The notes below the pieces were generated by a model, which did no database searches, had not been told where the DNA came from, and saw only the letters and a program-made list of their open reading frames with translations. Shown one piece after another: positions 47,717-58,504 of a stretch of DNA of 64,000 bases; the stretch's first letter is position 1; each line of letters opens with the position of its first letter. Origin of the DNA: Candidatus Falkowbacteria bacterium RIFOXYC2_FULL_36_12 (GTDB lineage: Bacteria > Patescibacteriota > Patescibacteriia > UBA11705); NCBI GenBank assembly GCA_001778235.1, contig MFGJ01000007.1, positions 77,085-141,084 on the forward strand, in the 5' to 3' direction. Position numbers and translations under genes: made by a program.

Positions 47717-49540
47717 CTAGCGTTTCATGACTGCAATAAAAGATTCCTGTGGAATTTTAACCTTTCCAACACCCATCTCCATCATTTTTTTCTTGCCTTT
47801 TTTCTGTTTGTTTAGAAGTTTTTGCTTGCGAGAATGGTCTCCACCATACAGCTTGGCAGTGACATCTTTACGCAAAGCGTTTATTCTCTCGGCGGCAATA
47901 ACCTTTCCTCCAATAGATGCTTGCAATTTGATAACAAACTGCTGTTTTGGGATGGTTTCCTTTAGTGCTTGGACAATTTTTTTACCAGTGTTAAAAGCTG
48001 AATCACGATAAATAATGGTAGAAAAAGCTTCAACCGGTTTCTCTGCAACCAAAATATCCATTTTCACCAAATCAGCACGCTGATATTTCAATAACTCATA
48101 ATTCATTGAGGCAAAACCAGATGAAACACTTTTTAATTTGTCATAAAAATCAACAATAACTATTGCCAAAGGAATATGATAATGAATAATTACTCTATCT
48201 GCTCCGATGTATTCAGTTGTCAAATAATCACCTCTTGATTCCTGGACTAAAGGCATAACATTGCCAATATATTCCTTCGGGCAGAGGATATCAACGGCCA
48301 TGATAGGCTCTTCAATATAATCTACAATAGCTGGATCTGGAAATTCATTAGGATTTTTCATGATAAAAGTACTAGAATCAACTTTTTGTTCTTTTTTTAT
48401 ATCTGTGTCAATCTTTGTTCCAGCCTTTTGGTGAACTCGATAAGCAACACTCGGCGTAGTAATAACGATTTCCAAATTAAATTCTCGGCGAAGTCTCTCC
48501 GTGAAAATTTCCAAGTGTAAAAGACCTAGAAAACCGCAACGAAAACCAAAACCAAGTACTGGAGAATTTTCAGGTTCAAACATTAATGAAGCGTCATTTA
48601 ATTTTAATTTATTGATTGCTTCGCGAAGATCATTGTAATCACTGCCCTCTTCACAGAAAATACCCGCATAGACCATTGGCTTGACATCTTTATAGCCTGC
48701 CAACGGCTGGACATGAGATTTTTTGAGAGTAATTGTATCACCAACACGGCATTTCTCAATTTCTTTTAACCCAGTGATTATATAGCCTATTTCACCGGCT
48801 TTTAGACATCCAGTTGATTTGAGTTGAGGCTTCAGTACTCCAGCTTCAAGCATTTCAGTATCAGTATTTGTGGCAAAAAACTTTACTGAATCATTTTTTT
48901 GTACAGTTCCTTCAAAAACTCTCAAATAAGCCACTACCCCTTTGAATTCATCATAATAAGAATCAAAGATAAGGGCTCGTAAATCTTTATCAATTTCCTG
49001 TTTTGGACCTGGAACTTTTTTTATAACCTGTTGTAAAATTGCTTCAACTCCTTCACCTGTCTTAGCTGAACAAGCAAAAATATCCTCTTTTTTACAACCA
49101 ATAAGATCAATGATTTCTTGTGAAACCTTTTCAACATCGGCTGAAGGCAAATCTATTTTGTTTAATACTGGAATAATCTCCAACCCCTGCTCAATCGCTA
49201 GATACAAATTGGCAACAGTTTGAGCCTGAACACCCTGCGCAGCGTCTACGAGCAGAATTGCGCCTTCAACGGCGGCCAAGGAACGAGAAACCTCGTATGA
49301 AAAATCCACATGTCCTGGAGTATCTATTAAATTCAGTTTATACCCATCATAATCCATTTGAACAGGTTGTAGCTTGATAGTAATACCTCTTTCTTGTTCT
49401 AAATCCATCTGGTCAAGTAATTGATTTCTCATTTTTCTGTCTTCAACCGTTCTGGTCAATTCCAAAAAACGGTCAGCCAAAGTGGACTTACCATGATCAA
49501 TATGAGCAATAATGCAAAAATTCCGAATTTTATCCAACAT
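47717..49540 (-). CDS. lepA: Elongation factor 4
   Basis: IAHIDHGKSTLADR, ERGITIK, DTPGHVDF, GFRCGFLGLLH, RKDVTAKLYGGD. Confidence 0.98.
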   Translation of the reverse strand: MLDKIRNFCIIAHIDHGKSTLADRFLELTRTVEDRKMRNQLLDQMDLEQERGITIKLQPVQMDYDGYKLNLIDTPGHVDFSYEVSRSLAAVEGAILLVDAAQGVQAQTVANLYLAIEQGLEIIPVLNKIDLPSADVEKVSQEIIDLIGCKKEDIFACSAKTGEGVEAILQQVIKKVPGPKQEIDKDLRALIFDSYYDEFKGVVAYLRVFEGTVQKNDSVKFFATNTDTEMLEAGVLKPQLKSTGCLKAGEIGYIITGLKEIEKCRVGDTITLKKSHVQPLAGYKDVKPMVYAGIFCEEGSDYNDLREAINKLKLNDASLMFEPENSPVLGFGFRCGFLGLLHLEIFTERLRREFNLEIVITTPSVAYRVHQKAGTKIDTDIKKEQKVDSSTFIMKNPNEFPDPAIVDYIEEPIMAVDILCPKEYIGNVMPLVQESRGDYLTTEYIGADRVIIHYHIPLAIVIVDFYDKLKSVSSGFASMNYELLKYQRADLVKMDILVAEKPVEAFSTIIYRDSAFNTGKKIVQALKETIPKQQFVIKLQASIGGKVIAAERINALRKDVTAKLYGGDHSRKQKLLNKQKKGKKKMMEMGVGKVKIPQESFIAVMKR

Positions 49541-49697
49541 AATTTAATAGCGAGTAAATCCAAGTCAGAACAAAGCAAGTAAAGTTTTATCCTGCACATT
49601 GGGCTGACTAAACAGAAAATACTAGTTTGAATTAAAGTAAGTATAATATAGCAGATAATCAGCAAAAAATCAACTAAAAACAGTAATGTTATTACTG

Positions 49698-50078
49698 CTA
49701 TTTTCTTTTAAAATTTTCCAATAGCGCTTCATAGTCTGCTCGGAGCATCCAATATACATCGCCAATAGAATCATTACTAGAAAAGTGAAAGACCCCCTGA
49801 CTTTTCAATTCGCTCCACATAAGATCAACCAATCGATTGGCAACTGGTCCAATCACATTTGCTTGTCGTGCTTCCAAAAGGTAATCCTTATTAAAATTGA
49901 AAAAATGATACCTGCTAGCTGAACCGAAAATTCTAGTAAACACAGGTTGTGGCAACATTATGGATAGCATTTGTCCAGCTTGATCCTGAATTTCCACGAC
50001 TTGACCAGAGACAAGTATTTCAAAAAAATTTAGTTGCAAATCCTGAAAATTTGATATTCTGGTACCATGACCAGTCAT
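49698..50078 (-). CDS. Hypothetical protein, 126 aa (G-run-led orphan)
   Basis: AGGGGGGAGAG directly before the ATG. Confidence 0.65.
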   Translation of the reverse strand: MTGHGTRISNFQDLQLNFFEILVSGQVVEIQDQAGQMLSIMLPQPVFTRIFGSASRYHFFNFNKDYLLEARQANVIGPVANRLVDLMWSELKSQGVFHFSSNDSIGDVYWMLRADYEALLENFKRK

Positions 50079-50146
50079 CTCTCCCCCCTGTATGTGGATG
50101 AGGTAAAAGGTAAAGATAATTTATCAAAATTATACTAAAAAGTAAA

Positions 50147-51784
50147 TTAATTCATGCTGACTGAATCAATTCCCTCTGATTTTACTTTTATTTTTTTATT
50201 CAGGCGGTGAGCAGTAGCTTCAATAATCATCTTGAGTTCTGGACAGCGGAGAGTTTGGCAAACCATTAAATAAACAATTAAACCAATTAAAAATAGCACC
50301 AGACTCTGCATTAATATACCCCAAAAACTCTGAAGATCAAAATATCTGGCGATTGGGATTTTCAGATAATACATAGCCCCACCCATTATAAAGGAAGCAA
50401 ATACCACTTTGACAAATGAGATAATAATTTTCGGATCATTTAACTTGCCAATTTTTATTCTAAAAGCAATAAATAATACTAAAAAATTAACAATCGAACT
50501 GATAGTGAAAGCAATAATCAAGCCGAGAAAACCATACTTTGATGGGAGAGTAAAGGCAAGAATTAAATTAATAATCGCGCCTGAAAGTCCGGCAATAAAC
50601 GGAGTAATGGTATTATGCATGGAATAAAATGAACGAGCGAGTAATGGAATAAGCGATTGGGCAAAAAGACTTACAGCAAAAATACCTAGAGCATCAGCTG
50701 TCAGTAAAGTATCTTGCCAATTGAAAACACCACTTCCGAGAACAACTCTAACTATTTGAACGCGCAGGACAATAAAAACAGCACTTAACGGTAATATAAG
50801 AAAAAATATCATGCGTGCCGTCTGGATAAATGATTTTTTGAATTCTAAAATCTTGTTTTCATTGTACAGTCTAGATAGAGTTGGAAAAGCAGCAATAGCA
50901 AAAGAGATTCCTACTAAAGCTAAAGGAAATCCCTGAAGATTGTTTGCGAAATTAAATACAGTGATACTACCAACTGCAATCAGAGAACTAAAAATTGTTA
51001 TCACAATTAAATTTACCTGGGTTGTAACCAGACCTAAAACTCGTGGAATCATCAAAGTGGATATTTCTCGTAAATTTGAATCTTTAAATTTGAAAATAAA
51101 GTGAAATTTGTAACCAAATTTTGACAACAAAGGAACTTGTATTAATAGATGGAGTAATGCCCCCAAAACAACACCCCAAGCTAAACCATTGATACCAAAC
51201 CAATCAACGAGCCAAATAGCTCCGATTATTATACCAAAATTGTACATAATTGGAGCCAATGAGTAGACAAAAAATCTTTTGTAGGTTTGCAGAACTCCAC
51301 CCACAATACCGCTGATGCCAAGTAAAATTGGACTTAGAAACATAATTTTGGTTAAAGTGCTGGTAATAGCCATCTGATTGTCAGAAAATCCAGGGGAAAT
51401 CAAAGGAACAATTTTATCGGCAAAAATTAAAATAATTACAGTTACGACCAATAATAAAACAGAGAAAACATTTATAACATTACTTACAAAATCCCAGGCT
51501 TGCTTATTGGTGGAATAATCTTTATCCTCTTCATTTTTTAATAATTTAGAAAAAATAGGAATAAAGCCGGCTGAAATTGCACCAAAAACTATAAAATTAA
51601 AAACTAAATCAGGAATTCGAAAAGCAGTATAATACATGTCCAAGGTTGATCCTGCGCCAAATTGTCCAGCCAGAACACGATCACGAATAACACCAAGAAC
51701 TCGACTAAAAACTCCGGCAAGTGCAATTATAAATGCAGCCGAAGCTATTGAACTAATTTTTTGTACAAACAATTTTCTTATCAT
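50147..51784 (-). CDS. murJ: Lipid II flippase MurJ
   Basis: SRVLGVIRD, AFRIPD, APIMYN, LARSFYS..NTITP; many TM segments. Confidence 0.95.
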   Translation of the reverse strand: MIRKLFVQKISSIASAAFIIALAGVFSRVLGVIRDRVLAGQFGAGSTLDMYYTAFRIPDLVFNFIVFGAISAGFIPIFSKLLKNEEDKDYSTNKQAWDFVSNVINVFSVLLLVVTVIILIFADKIVPLISPGFSDNQMAITSTLTKIMFLSPILLGISGIVGGVLQTYKRFFVYSLAPIMYNFGIIIGAIWLVDWFGINGLAWGVVLGALLHLLIQVPLLSKFGYKFHFIFKFKDSNLREISTLMIPRVLGLVTTQVNLIVITIFSSLIAVGSITVFNFANNLQGFPLALVGISFAIAAFPTLSRLYNENKILEFKKSFIQTARMIFFLILPLSAVFIVLRVQIVRVVLGSGVFNWQDTLLTADALGIFAVSLFAQSLIPLLARSFYSMHNTITPFIAGLSGAIINLILAFTLPSKYGFLGLIIAFTISSIVNFLVLFIAFRIKIGKLNDPKIIISFVKVVFASFIMGGAMYYLKIPIARYFDLQSFWGILMQSLVLFLIGLIVYLMVCQTLRCPELKMIIEATAHRLNKKIKVKSEGIDSVSMN

Positions 51785-51788
51785 AAAA

Positions 51789-52358
51789 CTAAATTATCAA
51801 ATCCGCCTCTGTCTCATTATCAACCCCAGCAGCATTTGCCTCATCAGTGTCTAAATGTACAACTTTGTTATAATTTTCAGCTGTTCGAACTTCGACTCTA
51901 TCATAAATCACCTCTCTTGGGCTTATGATACGGATCTTGATGTCCTGACCGGACTTCAAACCCAGTAACATGGCTTCATCGGTCGAAATATGCAAATGTC
52001 GTTTGGCAACAATAACCCCTTTTTCTAAATTTAACTCCCCTTTTGGTCCGCGCAGTATTAATGAACCAGAACCTTCAAGTTTACCTGATAATCTTAGTGG
52101 TGCGTTGATACCTAATAGAATTGCATCAGACTTGGCTATTTCTACTTGAGTTTCACCACGACAAGGACCAACAATTCGCACATCATCAATTTGCCCCTTT
52201 GGTCCAACCAGAGAAACTCGACTGGTACTAGAGAATTCACCAAACTGTGAAAGATCTTTATGCTTTATTAAAACAAAATTAGGCCCAAAAAGTTTTTCCA
52301 GGTCCTGTTGGGTAATATGAAGATGTCTAGCTGATACTTCAATTTTAGAGCTAAGCAT
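51789..52358 (-). CDS. pduL: PduL-type phosphate acyltransferase
   Basis: VSARHLH, LSQ.GEF, VRIVGP.R..TQVEI, VAKRHLH, HLDTDEANAA. Confidence 0.93.
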   Translation of the reverse strand: MLSSKIEVSARHLHITQQDLEKLFGPNFVLIKHKDLSQFGEFSSTSRVSLVGPKGQIDDVRIVGPCRGETQVEIAKSDAILLGINAPLRLSGKLEGSGSLILRGPKGELNLEKGVIVAKRHLHISTDEAMLLGLKSGQDIKIRIISPREVIYDRVEVRTAENYNKVVHLDTDEANAAGVDNETEADLII

Positions 52359-52463
52359 AATATAAGATGTTTACAGTAAAATTATAGCATTTTCCAGAAA
52401 ATATTGACAGCCTAGATGGTGATAGCTACAATTCAAGCATAACCAGACAACAGGAGACAAGAG

Positions 52464-53117
52464 ATGCGACAGATACGAGACCCAACAAAAAAAGAGTTCT
52501 TTCAACAAGTGAGAAAATTAATTCACAAAAGAGAATTTATCACAGCCATTGAATTTACCTATACTTTTGCTAAACAAGCTCACGCTGAACAAAAAAGAGC
52601 TAACGGAGCTCCCTACTTCAGACATGTTGTTGGTGTCGCTTGGATCATTATGACTGAAATCAAATTGCGGCCAATAGATTACCAAACTGCAATTATTGCG
52701 TCTCTACTTCATGATATGCTCGAAGACACCTACATCAACAAGCCAGAACAACTTCATTTCATTTATGACCAAGTTTCTCCTGATATTGCAACGATTGTGA
52801 CAGAATTAACCAAAAAAAGAGGGAAAATCGGCATTAATAGATTTAAAAAATTGCTTCGTAGTCGGAAAGCTCTGACAAAACTTGTAAAAGCAGCTGACCG
52901 ATTGCACAACCTACGCACACTGCATCATTGTGATGAACTAAAAATGACGACCAAAATGCAGGAGACTGAATTTATTATACTTCCTTGGCTTGATGGAGAG
53001 ACCATTGACCCCAATTGCCTGTTTCAAGCTCCTCTAGCTAAACTGAAACAGAACATCAGAAAAGAACTGCAACGCTATAAAAAATCAATCAGGAGTAAAA
53101 TGAAAAAACAGTGCTAA
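52464..53117 (+). CDS. HD-domain protein, small alarmone hydrolase (RelA/SpoT HD)-like, SD-led
   Basis: AHAEQKR..GAPYFRH, LLHDMLEDT, ELTK, VKAADRLHNLRTL; TTGACA(52404)-17-TACAAT and AGGAG SD. Confidence 0.85.
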   Translation: MRQIRDPTKKEFFQQVRKLIHKREFITAIEFTYTFAKQAHAEQKRANGAPYFRHVVGVAWIIMTEIKLRPIDYQTAIIASLLHDMLEDTYINKPEQLHFIYDQVSPDIATIVTELTKKRGKIGINRFKKLLRSRKALTKLVKAADRLHNLRTLHHCDELKMTTKMQETEFIILPWLDGETIDPNCLFQAPLAKLKQNIRKELQRYKKSIRSKMKKQC

Positions 53118-53147
53118 ACCGCTCTGTTTTTTACTTCAATATTTTAG

Positions 53148-54149
53148 TTATCTAATACCACCTTTCAATAAACCGTTTTGAGCACCAATTTTTGTCAATA
53201 CAGCTGAACTGTTTTTTATACCATATTCAATCCCTTTGGAGAATGTTCCAGTTTTGTGATAAGCTGACAAAAAACCAGAAGCAAAAGCATCCCCAGCACC
53301 GACTGTATCAACTTTTTTGGTTTTGCGAGCTGGTTTGAAATAATAATGACCTTTTTCATCGAGACCATAAGCGCCTTTATCGCCAGCTGTGATTATTAAG
53401 TTTTTCATTTTCAACTTTTTCAAAGTATCAAGCAAGTATCTTGATTGATTAATTTTTTTCTTATCTACTTTTCGACCAAAGGCATTAATTGCCAACTCTG
53501 TTGCCTCATCTTTATTTAATATCAAGACATGAATCCTGGGCATTAGTTTAATCATTTTTTTGTATTCAATAAGCTGTCTTCGACCTGGAGTCCATAATAT
53601 TTTAATTTTCTGATGCTCTGGTCTAAACCAAGTTTTTTCTGCCTGCCTGACAACTTTTATAAACTCATATTCCCAACCAGAAACTGAAAGTGGCCCAACA
53701 TAATACCAGTTAGTTCTAATTTTATTTAAATTGGGTAATTTCAAATGCTGGGATGCGCCTTTGTAAGTGAAAATCGTGTGTTCTTTATCATTCTTGGCTA
53801 CAAGAATAAAAGAAAAACCCGTTGCATTGTGTTTATCGGTTTGGATTAGTGAAGTATTAATACCTCGTTGTTTCAAAAAATAAAAAATCTCTTGGCCACT
53901 AAAATCTTTGCCAATATTGATAATCGGCGCAACCTTTAGTCCAAAATTCTTCAAACCGATTGCAACATTCATGGCTCCTCCCCCATAAGTCAAATGCAAA
54001 TCATCTATTTCCAGTTTTGCACCATATTCCACAGCCATCAATTTTTGTTTCAAAAGATTTTTTTTGTTTCGGAGAATCTCGACTTCATCACTGATGAAAG
54101 TAATGTCTTTTATTGCGCTACCAATTGTTACAACATCTACTTTTCTCAT
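53148..54149 (-). CDS. PfkB-family carbohydrate kinase
   Basis: GGGAMNVA, NKDEA, VDTVGAGDAFASGF. Confidence 0.92.
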   Translation of the reverse strand: MRKVDVVTIGSAIKDITFISDEVEILRNKKNLLKQKLMAVEYGAKLEIDDLHLTYGGGAMNVAIGLKNFGLKVAPIINIGKDFSGQEIFYFLKQRGINTSLIQTDKHNATGFSFILVAKNDKEHTIFTYKGASQHLKLPNLNKIRTNWYYVGPLSVSGWEYEFIKVVRQAEKTWFRPEHQKIKILWTPGRRQLIEYKKMIKLMPRIHVLILNKDEATELAINAFGRKVDKKKINQSRYLLDTLKKLKMKNLIITAGDKGAYGLDEKGHYYFKPARKTKKVDTVGAGDAFASGFLSAYHKTGTFSKGIEYGIKNSSAVLTKIGAQNGLLKGGIR

Positions 54150-54308
54150 TTTACTAATCTAGGAATATTACGAAAATTACAAATACAAATTATTAGTATT
54201 CGCAATATTGATAGTTTTTGTTTATTTGCATTTAAATTATAGCATTTCTTAAAAACCGATACAAATAAAAAAAGCCTTTATAGGCTTATTTTATTTGTAA
54301 AAATATTT

Positions 54309-55700
54309 TTAAGAAAATTTTTGAGAAAAATATTCTGGCAGTTGATCAATAGCTACCCTTTCCTGTGCCATAGTATCACGATCACGAATTGTGACAGCTT
54401 TGTCATCTAGAGAATCAAAATCAACTGTAATGCAATATGGAGTACCGATCTCGTCCTGCCGACGGTAGCGTTTGCCAACATTACCATTGTCATCAAATTC
54501 GCAAACCCAAGCAGTTTTGAGTTTATCAAAAATTTCTTTGGCTTTTTTCACTAACTGCGGTTTGTTTTTTAACAAAGGGAAAACGGCGATTTTCACTGGT
54601 GCTAATGATTTTTCGAGTTTCAAGACTATTCTTTCCTCATCTCCAATTTTTTCTTTGGTATAGGCATCACAGATTACCATCAGTAAAATTCGATTCAAAC
54701 CGACTGATGCTTCAATGACCCAAGGCATGAATTTCTCATTTGTTCGAGGGTCGGTATAACTAAGGTCAGAGCCAGAATGTTTTGAGTGTTGGGTCAAATC
54801 ATAATCTGAACGATTGTGAATACCTTCTAATTCCTTGAAACCAAATGGAAAGTTGTATTCAATGTCATAAGCTTCTTTGGCATAAAAAACCAAATTTTCA
54901 TGTTTATGCCACCTCAAATTTTTTTCTAAAATACCCAGTTCATTAACATAAAAATCCCAGCGTTCTTCTTTCCATCGCTTATATTGTTTCTTGGCATCTT
55001 CTGGTTTGACAAAGTATTGGAATTCCATTTGTTCAAATTCACGAGTGCGGAAAATAAATTGTCTGGCAGTGATTTCATTACGAAAGGCTTTGCCAACTTG
55101 AGCAATGCCAAAAGGTATTTTAACCCGTGAAGAATCAAGAACATTTTTGAAATTAATGTAAATCCCTTGGCAAGTTTCACCCCGCAAATATGTTGGTTCT
55201 TTGTCCCAGTCACCGGTAAAATTTCCTAAATTTGATTTGACCAAAAGATTAAAGCTTTTTGCCTCGGAAAAAATGTTGGAACCGCATTTTGGACATTTGA
55301 CCTTGTCTTTATTTTTATCAAAAATTTTATTTATTTCTGACTCTGACATTTTTTCATCAGCAAAAACTCCAGCTTCTTCGAGCAAATGGTCAACTCGTGA
55401 ACGAGTATGGCATTTTTTGCATTCAGCCATAGGATCAGAAAATCCGCTGACATGACCACTGGCCTGCCAGACTTTTGGTGACATAAAAATCGCGCTATCA
55501 AGACCGACAACATCCTCACGATTGTGAACCATGTTTTGCCACCACTTAGCTTGAATGGCATTTTTTAGTTCAATACCGTATGGGCCGTAATCATAAACAG
55601 CTGAAAAACCACCATAAATTTCTGATGAGGGGAAAACAAAACCTCGTCGCTTGCAAAAACTGATGATTTCTTCGAATCGATTTTCATTTTTATCTATCAT
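54309..55700 (-). CDS. glyS: Glycine--tRNA ligase (alpha2 type)
   Basis: CKRRGF, YDYGPYG, LRGETCQG, GKAFRNEI, FRTREFEQME, RYRRQDEIGTP. Confidence 0.97.
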   Translation of the reverse strand: MIDKNENRFEEIISFCKRRGFVFPSSEIYGGFSAVYDYGPYGIELKNAIQAKWWQNMVHNREDVVGLDSAIFMSPKVWQASGHVSGFSDPMAECKKCHTRSRVDHLLEEAGVFADEKMSESEINKIFDKNKDKVKCPKCGSNIFSEAKSFNLLVKSNLGNFTGDWDKEPTYLRGETCQGIYINFKNVLDSSRVKIPFGIAQVGKAFRNEITARQFIFRTREFEQMEFQYFVKPEDAKKQYKRWKEERWDFYVNELGILEKNLRWHKHENLVFYAKEAYDIEYNFPFGFKELEGIHNRSDYDLTQHSKHSGSDLSYTDPRTNEKFMPWVIEASVGLNRILLMVICDAYTKEKIGDEERIVLKLEKSLAPVKIAVFPLLKNKPQLVKKAKEIFDKLKTAWVCEFDDNGNVGKRYRRQDEIGTPYCITVDFDSLDDKAVTIRDRDTMAQERVAIDQLPEYFSQKFS

Positions 55701-55717
55701 AATTTTTTTGATATGAA

Positions 55718-56272
55718 TTAAACCGTCATTACTTCCTTTTCTTTGGCTTCTGCCATGTCATTTAATTTTTTGTTCCAATTTTCAACTTCTTTATCAAGTT
55801 CTTTCTGGAAATCAAATTTATCATCTTCAGTAATTTGTTTATTCTTTTCAGCAGAAACAATATCTTCTTTGGTTTTTTCTCGAATTGATCGAATAGAAAT
55901 GCGAGTGTGTTCAAGTTTTTCTTTTAAAATTTTAATCAAATCTCGTCGATTTTCTTCAGTCATAAGAGGCATTGTCACGCGGACTACACTTCCGTCGATT
56001 GAAACCGAGACACCCAAGTCAGCTGAAACTAACGCTTTTTCAATTTCTTTGGTCAAGCTTTTATCCCAAGGTTCAACTCTCATTGATCTAGCTTCAGGGA
56101 CGGCAATACTCGCAAGTTGCATGAGTGGCGTTGGGGTGCCGTAAGCTATAACATTAACTCGCTCAATCATTGTCGGGTTAGCTCGACCAGTACGGATTGA
56201 AGATAATTCCTGCTTAAAATGCTCAATAGTTTTATCTACTTCTGGTTGAATATTTTTTAGATATTGATTCAT
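55718..56272 (-). CDS. frr: Ribosome recycling factor
   Basis: IRTGRANP, YGTPTPL, MTEENRRDL. Confidence 0.97.
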   Translation of the reverse strand: MNQYLKNIQPEVDKTIEHFKQELSSIRTGRANPTMIERVNVIAYGTPTPLMQLASIAVPEARSMRVEPWDKSLTKEIEKALVSADLGVSVSIDGSVVRVTMPLMTEENRRDLIKILKEKLEHTRISIRSIREKTKEDIVSAEKNKQITEDDKFDFQKELDKEVENWNKKLNDMAEAKEKEVMTV

Positions 56273-56281
56273 ATTTTCTTT

Positions 56282-57355
56282 CTAACTTGCTGGTCTGAAA
56301 CCAACAAATAATATTTTGTCATTTTTTAGATTAATTTCTGTGTCCCCGACTCTGGTAATTGAGGGTAAACTTTTAGTTTCCCAGGTTGCTCCACCATCAA
56401 CACTACGATAAAGCGTCTTGTCATCGGTAACAAACATCACATTCGGATCAACTGTTGACTGTTCAAAATCACGAAATACTACCTCATCTTCAGCTGTGAC
56501 CAGTTTTACCTGCGACCAAGAGCTACCTCCATCACCTGATTTTAAGAGACCAAACTTAGATAAATAGAATACTGTATTTGGATGTTTTTTGTCAATTTCA
56601 ATGCCATAACCAGTTCGGATCAACCCATCAAATTGCTTCATGTTATCACGAAGAGAAATCCAATTTAAGCCAGAATCACTTGACTTGAATAGCCCAAGCT
56701 TGTCTGTGGCAAGATATAAAATCCGACTGTCATTAGGATCCATTTCCATTTCCTTGGTTTCAGTTGCCAGTCCAGCTGTCTTGGCCCAGCTGATACCATT
56801 ATTTAAACTTTTGTATACATTACCAGTATATGAAAGAGCATAAACGATTTTTGAATCAAACCAATCAACAACAATTGAGCGCATTAATTCATCAGCTGTT
56901 GCGGTAGTAAACATAATTTCCCAACTTCGATTGCAATCACTACTTTTAACTATTTTATTTTCCACAGCAGCATAAATACTACATCGATCTTTTGGGTCAA
57001 CAGCAATAGACAAGACTCGACCACTAACTTTGGTTAACAAACTTTTCGCTTGAGTCCAGCCATCGCCACCATTGTAAGAATAATAAATTCCATTTTGACC
57101 TGTACCAGCATAAATTGAATCAGCATCAGTTGGATCATTGGCTAGGGTAAAAATACTGGCGCCACTGAAATTTGCATCTTGGGCCCCAGGAGTAAGAAGA
57201 GTGGCTTTTCTAATCCAAGTCTCGCCACGATCACCAGTAACAAACATACCCAAACCAGTGCCAGTACTCTCGCCTTTTTTGGTAATAGAAATACAACCGG
57301 TCAAGGAAATAGCCATGAATAAAATTAGAGTGGTGAATAAAAATTTTTTCAACAT
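56282..57355 (-). CDS. Lipoprotein with BNR/Asp-box beta-propeller repeats
   Basis: Lipobox LTGC; repeated S-x-D-G-G-x-(T/S)-W motifs. Confidence 0.8.
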   Translation of the reverse strand: MLKKFLFTTLILFMAISLTGCISITKKGESTGTGLGMFVTGDRGETWIRKATLLTPGAQDANFSGASIFTLANDPTDADSIYAGTGQNGIYYSYNGGDGWTQAKSLLTKVSGRVLSIAVDPKDRCSIYAAVENKIVKSSDCNRSWEIMFTTATADELMRSIVVDWFDSKIVYALSYTGNVYKSLNNGISWAKTAGLATETKEMEMDPNDSRILYLATDKLGLFKSSDSGLNWISLRDNMKQFDGLIRTGYGIEIDKKHPNTVFYLSKFGLLKSGDGGSSWSQVKLVTAEDEVVFRDFEQSTVDPNVMFVTDDKTLYRSVDGGATWETKSLPSITRVGDTEINLKNDKILFVGFRPAS

Positions 57356-57378
57356 AATTTTATTATTATTTTTGTTTT

Positions 57379-58398
57379 TTATATAAATAAATTTTCAAAA
57401 ACTAATTTTGGATTAATATTTTGTTCAAGATATAATTTTGATTTTTCAGCAGACTGTAACTTTTGATTAAAATTGAAATCCAGATCTTTTAATGCCTGCA
57501 TTTCTTCTCGTAAAAAAATATTACTAATATACTTATCATTATAATACTTTAATAGCTCGACGTCACGTAAAATTGAAATAAAAATATCTAAAACTTTTTT
57601 TGCTGAATCAACGCCTGATTTGCCAAGTAAAGTATCAATCATCTGAAATTTTTCTGAATTGGACGAGGTAAAAAGTTTGAACACCTCCTGAATTTTTTGT
57701 TTGTGTTCAAGATATAGGTCTAAATGATTAAAATATTTAAGTGCGACCGTAATCCTTCCTTGGGAAATAGCTGACAATTCAAGGGCAAGACTACGATTGG
57801 CGCCTTGATCGACTAAATAATCAAAAATGTTTTCTCGAGGCACTGGAGAAAAATTTAATATTTGACAACGGGAAACTATGGTTGGCAAAATAATATTGGT
57901 ATTCTGGCTGATAAGAATAATAATGGTTTTAGCTGTTGGTTCTTCAAGAAATTTTAATAAGGAGTTGCTGGCTTCGAGGCTCATGGCTTCAGCTTCGGGA
58001 ATAATGACAATCTTGTAGGAATTTTGGAATGACCGCTTGGATAAACTGGATTGCAAGTCCCGTATTTGCTTGATAGAGATGTTTTTTTTGAGCAAGCCTT
58101 TATCATTGCGTTCGCGTTCGACCAGATAATAATCAGCATAAATACCTTTTTTGAACATCTGGCAGGCGCTACATTCGCCACAAGCAAAAGGCTTTTTCAC
58201 TTTGCCATTTTTTAAATATTCAGAATAATTATCACAAATCAAAAATTGACTGAATTTCTTGGCGACTGAAGTTTTGCCAACTTTTTTCGGACCAACAAAC
58301 AGATATGATTGAGCAAAAGTCTGATTCAGAATATTTGTTTGTAGAAAATCCAGAATTTTTGTATGTCCAACAACTGACCAGTTGAAAGATTTAGTCAT
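57379..58398 (-). CDS. holB: DNA polymerase III delta-prime subunit
   Basis: GPKKVGKT, CGECSAC, SNSLLKFLEEP, ILPTIVSRC. Confidence 0.9.
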   Translation of the reverse strand: MTKSFNWSVVGHTKILDFLQTNILNQTFAQSYLFVGPKKVGKTSVAKKFSQFLICDNYSEYLKNGKVKKPFACGECSACQMFKKGIYADYYLVERERNDKGLLKKNISIKQIRDLQSSLSKRSFQNSYKIVIIPEAEAMSLEASNSLLKFLEEPTAKTIIILISQNTNIILPTIVSRCQILNFSPVPRENIFDYLVDQGANRSLALELSAISQGRITVALKYFNHLDLYLEHKQKIQEVFKLFTSSNSEKFQMIDTLLGKSGVDSAKKVLDIFISILRDVELLKYYNDKYISNIFLREEMQALKDLDFNFNQKLQSAEKSKLYLEQNINPKLVFENLFI

Positions 58399-58504
58399 AA
58401 GATGATTGATAAAAGTCCAGAGTTGTAATCGGAAATGGGAATTTGGAAAACTTAACTATGAACCAGAAACTCGGGACTTGCTAAATATATTTTACCACAG
58501 TTTG

